Below are positions 57,159 through 64,000 of a DNA stretch of 64,000 bases, piece after piece. Under the pieces are notes generated by a model. That model was not told the origin of the DNA, ran no database searches, and worked only from the letters and a program-made list of their open reading frames with translations. Source of the DNA: Patescibacteria group bacterium (GTDB taxonomy: Bacteria; Patescibacteriota; Patescibacteriia; JAZDEU01); assembly GCA_042568285.1 (NCBI GenBank), contig JBHPIX010000001.1, positions 539 to 64,538 of the forward strand, in the 5' to 3' direction. How positions within the stretch are numbered: position 1 is the first letter of the stretch; every line of letters begins with the position of its first letter. A program made the position numbers and the translations under genes.

Positions 57159-58652
57159 ATGAAGAAATCAGAAACATTTTTATTTTATTCATTTTCTTTC
57201 ATTATTGGAATAGCAGTTGGATTGTTAGCAGATATTAGTTTTTTTACAATTTATATTTTACTATTATTAGTTATAATTTTTGTTGTTACATTTTGGAATA
57301 ATAAAAATTTGAGGATCTTTTTTATAGGGATTCTTTTTTTGTTTTTAGGGATTGGAAGAACTATAATTTTTTTTAATTTATCTTTTACTCAAAATGAAAT
57401 TAGTAAATACAATGAAACAGAAGTTGCGATTAAAGGGATGATTATAGATGAGCCACAGCGAGCTTATAGTAAACAAAAATTTAAGTTTAAAGCAAAAAGT
57501 ATTAAAAAAGATAATATCGGATGGGCAGAAATTAAAGGAAATGTTTTAGTTTATGTAGATTTTTATCCTTCTCGCGTATATGGAGATAATCTAGAAATAA
57601 AGTGTAAGTTAGCGACTGTTGAGCCTTTTGATGGTTTTAGATATGATAAATATTTAGCTATAGATGATATTTATTCTATTTGCTATTATCCAGAAGTAAA
57701 ATTTTTAGGTAAAGGCAATGGAAATATAGTATATGCTAAAATTTTAGTTTTTAAAGATAAAATGCAGAATATTATAAAGGCATATATAGATGAGCCACAA
57801 GCGTCTATTTTGTCAGCTGTATTATTAGGGAATAAATATGGTGTTAATAAAGAATTAAAAGATTTATTTAGTAGAGTTGGGATTAGTCATATTATTGCTG
57901 TTTCAGGTATGCATATTGCAATTGTGTCAATAATTATTTTATTTTTTTTATCTTTTATTGGGATATCCCGTAAAAAATCTTTTTATATTACTACTGTTAT
58001 TCTTGTATTATATGTGATTATGATTGGCGCGCCAGCTTCAGCAGTAAGGGCAGTTATTATGGCTTTTGTTATCTTGCTTGCTGTTCAGATAGGAAGATTG
58101 TCAAAATTAATAAATGCTATTTTATTAGCAGCTGTTATAATGATTTTTGTTAATCCATATATTTTATTTTATGATGTCGGATTCCAATTTTCATTTATTG
58201 CTTTATTAGGAATATTCCATTTATTCTCAATTATTAGAGGTTTAATTAAATTACCATTAAATAAATATGTAAAAGATTTAATAAGTATTTCTTTATCAGC
58301 TGAAATTGCTATTTTACCATTAGTTTTTTATTATTTTGGCTTATTTTCATTAACAGCTCCATTTACAAACCTTTTAGTTGTTTGGCTTATTCCTTCCGTG
58401 ATGTTAATGGGAATAATTTTAGTGTTCACTGGGATGTTTCCTTTATTTTCTATTTTGTCATATTTTGTCGGCGCTCTTATAGGAGCTATATTAAAGTATA
58501 TCATCTTTATTGCTGGGAGTTTTGCTAGCCCGCAATGGGTTGCAATTAATGTTGATAATTTTCCTTTATGGGGCGTTGGTTTATATTATATTTTTTTGGC
58601 GTTTTTGGTTTTAAAGTCTAAAAAGGCAGTATCCAAAGTTGAAAGAAGTTGA
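57159..58652 (+). CDS. comEC: ComEC/Rec2 competence protein (no MBL domain)
   Basis: GISHIIAVSGMH, SAVRA, GFQFSF, many TM helices. Confidence 0.92.
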   Translation: MKKSETFLFYSFSFIIGIAVGLLADISFFTIYILLLLVIIFVVTFWNNKNLRIFFIGILFLFLGIGRTIIFFNLSFTQNEISKYNETEVAIKGMIIDEPQRAYSKQKFKFKAKSIKKDNIGWAEIKGNVLVYVDFYPSRVYGDNLEIKCKLATVEPFDGFRYDKYLAIDDIYSICYYPEVKFLGKGNGNIVYAKILVFKDKMQNIIKAYIDEPQASILSAVLLGNKYGVNKELKDLFSRVGISHIIAVSGMHIAIVSIIILFFLSFIGISRKKSFYITTVILVLYVIMIGAPASAVRAVIMAFVILLAVQIGRLSKLINAILLAAVIMIFVNPYILFYDVGFQFSFIALLGIFHLFSIIRGLIKLPLNKYVKDLISISLSAEIAILPLVFYYFGLFSLTAPFTNLLVVWLIPSVMLMGIILVFTGMFPLFSILSYFVGALIGAILKYIIFIAGSFASPQWVAINVDNFPLWGVGLYYIFLAFLVLKSKKAVSKVERS

Positions 58653-58707
58653 TTTATAATAGAGTATAGGTTAAAATAGGTATTAAGGGGCTGATAACAC
58701 TTTTTAT

Positions 58708-58871
58708 GGGACTGTTGCCGAATGCTCCTTTAGGCATAAATTTTTAGATTTTGAGGCACAATTTTTTAAACAATTTTTGAGGTTTAGCCTAAGCTAAGCC
58801 AAAAAAAATTTTGGAAAATTTGACCAAAATATGAAAATTTAGGACAAAGAGGAGCATTCGGCAACAGTCCC
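58708..58871. mobile_element. family D ~165-bp palindromic MITE-like element
   Basis: TIR GGGACTGTTGCCGAATGCTCCT/AGGAGCATTCGGCAACAGTCCC. Confidence 0.85.
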
Positions 58872-58878
58872 TTTATAT

Positions 58879-60096
58879 ATGATTTTTTCACATTTTCCAG
58901 CAGGATATATTACAGCAAAAATTACAGAGAAAAAATTTTGGAAAAATTTTTCGCGTATTGAGATTTTATGGCTTTATGCTATAATTTTATTTTTTAGCAT
59001 TTTTCCTGACATAGATTTATTTTATTTTTATTTTATAAACGGCATTAATGGACATCATGAAAATTTAACTCATTCTTTTTTCTTGTATATATTTATTGCT
59101 TTAATTGTTTATTTTTTAGGGACATTGAAAAAAAATAGATTTATAAAGTATATGGCTTTTTCTATTGTTTTAGGCGCGACTTCTCATCTTGTTTTAGATT
59201 CGTTATTTTCTTGTGTGAAATGGATATGGCCGATTAGAAATGGAGTATATGGTTTGCCACTTATAACAAGTTATTTTAATATTTTAAATCAATATGGAAT
59301 TGGTTTCTATTTATTTGTAGAGTTGTTTATTATTTTTTTAGCAATTAGTATATATATATGTGAAAAATTAAGCAAAAAAAATGGTATAATTATGTTGATA
59401 TTTTTTTTAATATTTTCTTTTGTATCCGCGTATTTAGCGCTGGATAATTTTTATATGCAACCCAATATTTGTTATAGAGATTTAGATAATGATTGCATCC
59501 CAAATGTAAAGGATTTTGATTCTGATAATGACGGAATTGAAAATATTTTAGATACAGATGCAAATAATAATGGTATTAGCAATAAGGAAGAGATTTTAAC
59601 GCATGTTAAGCAGATGGAAGGTAAATATTCTAATATATTACATGGAGAATTTTGGCATAACGGCGTTAGCTGGGGATTAGTTTCTGATACAGCCGTTCTT
59701 AAAGATGGTTTAGAAAAGGCAGGAATATTTTTATCCACTGAAATTAGCAGAGATTTTGAGAAAGATCCAAAATTATATGAATTTAAACAAAATGATTCTC
59801 CTGTAAATGTATATTTTTCTGATAAAATAAATAATATTTATAGTTTTTTGAGAAATAAAAATATGTTAATTTTTGATGGCGCTACTTGTAAAAAACTAGA
59901 GTCTCTTAACCTTGAACCAGCCGATATAATTTTTTATGGTAGTAATTTAATTCATATTGCGATTGTTGTTGATACTAAAGAAGAATCTTATCAGGTTTTG
60001 GAAATTGAGAATTATTATAAAAAAGCAGTAATTTTAGATAATTGGGAGATGGAAAGGTATTATGGCGTCCCTATCGCAGTTGCTAGATTGCCTTGA
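58879..60096 (+). CDS. membrane metal-dependent hydrolase (YdjM-like) fused to a soluble domain
   Basis: H, PDID, HENLTHS, SHLVLD motifs; DxDNDG Ca-binding-like repeats. Confidence 0.75.
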   Translation: MIFSHFPAGYITAKITEKKFWKNFSRIEILWLYAIILFFSIFPDIDLFYFYFINGINGHHENLTHSFFLYIFIALIVYFLGTLKKNRFIKYMAFSIVLGATSHLVLDSLFSCVKWIWPIRNGVYGLPLITSYFNILNQYGIGFYLFVELFIIFLAISIYICEKLSKKNGIIMLIFFLIFSFVSAYLALDNFYMQPNICYRDLDNDCIPNVKDFDSDNDGIENILDTDANNNGISNKEEILTHVKQMEGKYSNILHGEFWHNGVSWGLVSDTAVLKDGLEKAGIFLSTEISRDFEKDPKLYEFKQNDSPVNVYFSDKINNIYSFLRNKNMLIFDGATCKKLESLNLEPADIIFYGSNLIHIAIVVDTKEESYQVLEIENYYKKAVILDNWEMERYYGVPIAVARLP

Positions 60097-60125
60097 AAAA
60101 AAGGTTTTATAATGATATGCTTTAA

Positions 60126-60166
60126 GTGGGACTGTTGCCGAATGCTACTTTAGTCAACAGTCCCAC
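60126..60166. repeat. internally deleted family D element
   Basis: GTGGGACTGTTGCCGAATGCT..TCAACAGTCCCAC. Confidence 0.75.
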
Positions 60167-60204
60167 AGTAGTCTTTTTAGTTTGAGAATTAGTTCTTGTA
60201 AATT

Positions 60205-62208
60205 ATGAAAAATAGCAAATTTATAAAAAATATAGCAATTTCTTTTTTTTCAGCAGGTTTTTTATTCGTTATTTTTGTGTATCTTTGGATTTTAGGAGTT
60301 TCTGACTTAATTGTTTCAAAAATTGATTATTTAGGGCGTAATTTTCAGGGATTAAATAAATCGTTATTTTTTAGTAGTAGCTTTTTTTCTTCTTATATTT
60401 TTGTGATAGTATCTTTTACTGCAGGCGCGCTTGTTTTTTTAGAGATTAAAAATAAGATTTTTAAAGCATGTTTATATGTTTTAGTAAGTTTAAGTTTATT
60501 GCTTTTAATCTTCATAGATTTTTTAATTATATGGATATTATTGCTCATTGTGTCTTTTATCGCATCATATTTATTGGATAAGAAAAAAAAAGGATGTATT
60601 CCAAAATTATATTTATATATTAGTATTATCGCTATATTTTTTAGTTTTTTGCAGGTTAATAATTTTATTAATTCATTTAAAAAAAATATTAATTCAAATA
60701 ATAATAGCGCGATGTTTTTTGTTTTTGATAGAATATCTTTTTTGAATTTTAAAAGCAACAGTTTTGGATTTAATGATTCTTTCAAGATTGCAAAAGAATC
60801 ATTTAAAGAAAATTGGTTTATAGGATCTGGACAGGGAACCTTTACTTATAATGTTTCAAAATATGGAGGAGCAGTAGATGGATCGGCAAGTCCAGAAATG
60901 ATCCGTTCTAATAATCCATCTAATTATTTTTTTATGTTAGTTTCTAATAGCGGATTGCTTGGAATTTTGGTATATTTTGTGTTTATTTCCCTTTTTTTTA
61001 TTATATCCTTCCATATTTTATATGACAATTTGACGAAAGATTATGCCATATATAGAAAAAATAGTTTTATTTTAATTAGTATTATTTCAGTAATTTTTGC
61101 GAACCTTTTTTTATTGCCTAATATTTTTTTAACGTTTATTTTTTGGATTTTATTAGCAATAATGATGATTGAAATTAAAAAAGATGTTCCTCAATTTTTT
61201 TCAGATAAGATTATCTCACGTGATGTCGAGAATAATCAAGAAAATAAAATAAACATTTATCCGCTTGCTAATCTATTGTTTGTAGTAATTATAGTTATTT
61301 TATCTGGTTTTTATACAATTATTTTTCGTTACCATATAGCTGATTATAATTATAAAGAATATTTAATAAATAGCGCTAAAGCGTCTGAGGAATTAAAGGA
61401 AGCTATTCGTTTAAATCCTTATTTTGAAGATTATTCTATTAAACTTGCAGAAAATTCTTTGGCAAAGATTAGTTTTGAATTGGGTAAGGAAAATGAGGAA
61501 GATAAAGATTTGAGTGTACTTGGAGAAGAATCAGCTCGTAGCATAGAAATCATAAAAAGAAATCTTAAAGAGCATCCTAATTCTGTTAGAGCATGGGAAA
61601 TCGCCGGCAATGTATATAAAAATGTATCTCCATTTATTAAAAAAGGAGTTCAAGAATGGATTATAAAAAGTTTTGAAAATGCATTGGAATTTGAGCCCCA
61701 TAATCTTTTTTTTAAACTTGAGATAGCAAAAGCGTATTTATTAGAAGGGACGACTGATGGCGTGGATAATGAAAAAGTTAATAAATCAATTGATTTATTA
61801 AATAGTATAACAGATAAGTGTCTAAATAATAGATGCCTGTATTATACAGAAGCAAAGTTTTATTTAGCAAAAGCATTGGAAGCAAAAGGAAAAAATAAGC
61901 AAGCTATAGAAGAGTTGCAAGATATAAATATAGATAAGCAGGAGTTTATAGATGAGAATGACCCTAATGTTTTATTTGAATTAGGAAGAATTTATTTTAA
62001 TAATGAAGAACTTGATAAGGCAAAAAAAGTTTTAGAAGAAGTTTTAAGAATAAAACCAAATTATTCAAATGCATTATATACATTAGCATCTGTATATGAA
62101 AAACAGGGAAATATCGGGAGAGCTATTACATTATTAGAAAAGGTAAAAGAATTAAATCAGGATAATAGTGAAATATTAGAAAAAATAGATAGCCTTAAAA
62201 AATTATAA
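60205..62208 (+). CDS. membrane protein with degenerate O-antigen-ligase-like region and TPR repeats
   Basis: multiple TMs, IGSGQGTF, C-terminal TPRs. Confidence 0.8.
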   Translation: MKNSKFIKNIAISFFSAGFLFVIFVYLWILGVSDLIVSKIDYLGRNFQGLNKSLFFSSSFFSSYIFVIVSFTAGALVFLEIKNKIFKACLYVLVSLSLLLLIFIDFLIIWILLLIVSFIASYLLDKKKKGCIPKLYLYISIIAIFFSFLQVNNFINSFKKNINSNNNSAMFFVFDRISFLNFKSNSFGFNDSFKIAKESFKENWFIGSGQGTFTYNVSKYGGAVDGSASPEMIRSNNPSNYFFMLVSNSGLLGILVYFVFISLFFIISFHILYDNLTKDYAIYRKNSFILISIISVIFANLFLLPNIFLTFIFWILLAIMMIEIKKDVPQFFSDKIISRDVENNQENKINIYPLANLLFVVIIVILSGFYTIIFRYHIADYNYKEYLINSAKASEELKEAIRLNPYFEDYSIKLAENSLAKISFELGKENEEDKDLSVLGEESARSIEIIKRNLKEHPNSVRAWEIAGNVYKNVSPFIKKGVQEWIIKSFENALEFEPHNLFFKLEIAKAYLLEGTTDGVDNEKVNKSIDLLNSITDKCLNNRCLYYTEAKFYLAKALEAKGKNKQAIEELQDINIDKQEFIDENDPNVLFELGRIYFNNEELDKAKKVLEEVLRIKPNYSNALYTLASVYEKQGNIGRAITLLEKVKELNQDNSEILEKIDSLKKL

Positions 62209-62230
62209 CAGTCCAAATATATAAAATTAT

Positions 62231-62521
62231 ATGTCTATAACAAAAACTAAAATTGAAGAGATCGCAAATTTGGCGCGTATAAAATTAACAGAGGAAGAAA
62301 AAAATATTTATATTGAACAGCTTTCTTCAATATTAGATTATTTTAAGCAATTAAAAGAAGTTGATACTTCAAAAATAACTCCATTAATTAATGCTAATTT
62401 AGAGTTTAATGTTTTAAGGGATGATATTATAGATGATTGCGAGAAAGATATTGCAGAAGAAATTTTATGTCAGTTGCCTGAAAAAAAAGGACGAAATATT
62501 AAAGTTAAGAAAATTTTGTAA
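62231..62521 (+). CDS. gatC: Asp/Glu-tRNA amidotransferase subunit C
   Basis: IANLARIKLTEEE...LSSILDY...L.EVDT, LRDD, IKVKKIL. Confidence 0.9.
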   Translation: MSITKTKIEEIANLARIKLTEEEKNIYIEQLSSILDYFKQLKEVDTSKITPLINANLEFNVLRDDIIDDCEKDIAEEILCQLPEKKGRNIKVKKIL

Positions 62522-62687
62522 AGGGGACTGTTGCCGAATGCTCCTTTAGGCATAAATTTTCAAATTTTGAGGCAAAATTTTTTTAACAATTTTTGCGGTT
62601 TAGCTTTAGCTAAGCTAAGAAAATTTTTAGAAAATTTGACCAAAATATGAGAATTTAGGACAAAGAGGTATTCGGCAACAGTCCCCT
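62522..62687. mobile_element. family D MITE-like element
   Basis: same TIRs and internal sequence as 58708-58871; abuts the gatC stop codon. Confidence 0.85.
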
Positions 62688-62703
62688 AAAAGAATTCAAG
62701 CTA

Positions 62704-63528
62704 ATGAACTATAAAAAAGATATCTTAAAAGATACTTATAAAAATCCTTTTTACCCTAAAAAGGATATTAGTGTTAATAAAGGAATAATATTAACATTAA
62801 TTTTTAGTATTATTATGGGTTATTGGGTATATTTATTATTTTATTCGCCGTATTTTAAGATTAAAAGAATCTATATTAATGATATAGAATATATTGATAA
62901 TAAAAAAGTTTTAGAAATCGTTAGATCTCAAATATCTGAGAGAAGATTTTTTATATTTCATCAAAATAATTCGCTATTGCTAGATGAGCTAATGTTGCAA
63001 ACAAAAATAAAAAAAACTTTTTTGGTAGAGGATATTCAGATTAGAATTCAAAGTTTTAATGATATTTATATACAAATAATAGGGAAGCCATCAGGAGTTA
63101 CATGGATTGCAGGAGATAAATATTATTATTTGGATATGGATGGGAATGTAAAAAGAGAAGTTTCGCCGATGGAAGCAAAAAGGGAGTATCTCATTATTTA
63201 TGGTTTTAATAATGATAGAGTAGATGAAAATTTTGATAATCAAAAGTTTATTAGTAAAGAATATATAAATAGCGCGATAAAAATTAAAGAAGATATTAAG
63301 AAGAATACTCAGTTTACGATTATATCATTTAAATATATAAATAATGATTATATTCAAGAATTTTATGCAAAAACAGACAAAGGATATGAAATATTTTTTG
63401 ATTTAAGGATAGATCTAACAGAGCAATTAGGTAATTTATATACTTTATTAAACCAAACATTTAAAAATAACGTTTATCCTGATCAGTATATAGATTTAAG
63501 ATTTGGAGAAAGAGTTTATTATAAGTAA
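62704..63528 (+). CDS. ftsQ: cell division protein FtsQ/DivIB
   Basis: N-terminal TM, SPYFKIK.I POTRA start, C-terminal YIDLRF. Confidence 0.82.
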   Translation: MNYKKDILKDTYKNPFYPKKDISVNKGIILTLIFSIIMGYWVYLLFYSPYFKIKRIYINDIEYIDNKKVLEIVRSQISERRFFIFHQNNSLLLDELMLQTKIKKTFLVEDIQIRIQSFNDIYIQIIGKPSGVTWIAGDKYYYLDMDGNVKREVSPMEAKREYLIIYGFNNDRVDENFDNQKFISKEYINSAIKIKEDIKKNTQFTIISFKYINNDYIQEFYAKTDKGYEIFFDLRIDLTEQLGNLYTLLNQTFKNNVYPDQYIDLRFGERVYYK

Positions 63529-63532
63529 TTTT

Positions 63533-63706
63533 TTATTCGGTCATATCATTAGCATTAATTTTATATTCCTTTCTATCATAAAATTCCGCTTGTTTTCCTT
63601 TATTCCATGAATTAACAGGACGTAAATATCCTGACACTCTGGAATAAACTTCGCATTTTTGTCTTTTTTGATTTTGTAAAATTGTAGGATTTGATTGATT
63701 TGACAT
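63533..63706 (-). CDS. nrdD: stand-alone glycyl-radical C-terminal domain of class III RNR (57 aa, not in the ORF track)
   Basis: KCEVYSRVSGYLRPVNSWNKGKQAEFYDR. Confidence 0.88.
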   Translation of the reverse strand: MSNQSNPTILQNQKRQKCEVYSRVSGYLRPVNSWNKGKQAEFYDRKEYKINANDMTE

Positions 63707-63745
63707 ATAATTTAATTATAGCATATCCTAAAATTTTTAGCCATT

Positions 63746-63910
63746 ATGGGGCTGTCGCCTAATACCTCTTTGTCCTAAATTCCCATATTTTGGTCAAATT
63801 TTCTAAAATTTTTTTGGCTTAGCTAAGGCTAAACCGCAAAAATTGTTTAAAAAATTATACCTCAAAATCTGAAAATTTATGCCTAAAGGAGCATTAGGCG
63901 ATAGCCCCAT
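63746..63910. mobile_element. family D MITE-like element, opposite orientation, variant TIRs
   Basis: GGGGCTGTCGCCTAAT...ATTAGGCGATAGCCCC; interior is the reverse complement of the other copies. Confidence 0.85.
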
Positions 63911-64000
63911 TGTTGTTAGTGACGTTTTGTTCCTCATCGCATATAGGGCAATAGAAATGTTCACCTGCGATATATCCATGTTTGGGACAAATGCTGAAAG
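63894..64000 (-). CDS. nrdD: 3' end of the class III ribonucleotide reductase large subunit (partial)
   Basis: FSICPKHGYIAGEHFYCPICDEE Zn motif; the stop codon lies inside the family D TIR. Confidence 0.85.
   Translation of the reverse strand, partial: FSICPKHGYIAGEHFYCPICDEEQNVTNNNGAIA

Noticed and set aside
44644-58652. ThrRS lacking the N-terminal TGS domain and ComEC lacking the MBL domain
   Set aside because: Both short forms are common known variants.

Overview
AT-rich bacterial chromosome segment in genetic code 11. Gene content (DUF5667-, DUF5659- and DUF5665-like proteins, VirB2-like pilin, MBL-less ComEC, short SMC, mostly SD-less core genes) suggests a Patescibacteria/CPR (Parcubacteria-like) genome; this is an inference, not a search result. 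Core genes include tyrS, khpA, trmD, groES/groEL with CIRCE, smc, thrS, miaB, nrdG, htrA, prfB with its +1 frameshift, comEC, gatC, ftsQ, a split nrdD and tRNA-His, -Arg and -Leu. Accessory genes include pyrC, a pyrD-pyrK fusion, dapA-like, purM-like, a broken purH cyclohydrolase domain, toxin-antitoxin modules and Cys-rich surface proteins. Four observations stand out. (1) A ~10.2-kb primase-encoding element (20731-30971) is integrated at the CCA end of tRNA-His, with the crossover inside its large serine recombinase gene. The integrated enzyme ends in a peptide read from the antisense tRNA, while an in-frame alternative C-terminus sits at the far end of the element. The element also carries two pseudoknot-like structured RNAs. 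(2) Several families of small palindromic repeats insert into each other, in frame into proteins (MiaB, a 1639-aa Cys-rich protein, NrdG), into a duplicated tRNA and next to Shine-Dalgarno sites. (3) Accessory genes share boxA-like plus SD leaders. (4) The tyrS 5' end is duplicated. All calls come from reading the sequence by eye; no database searches or folding programs were run.
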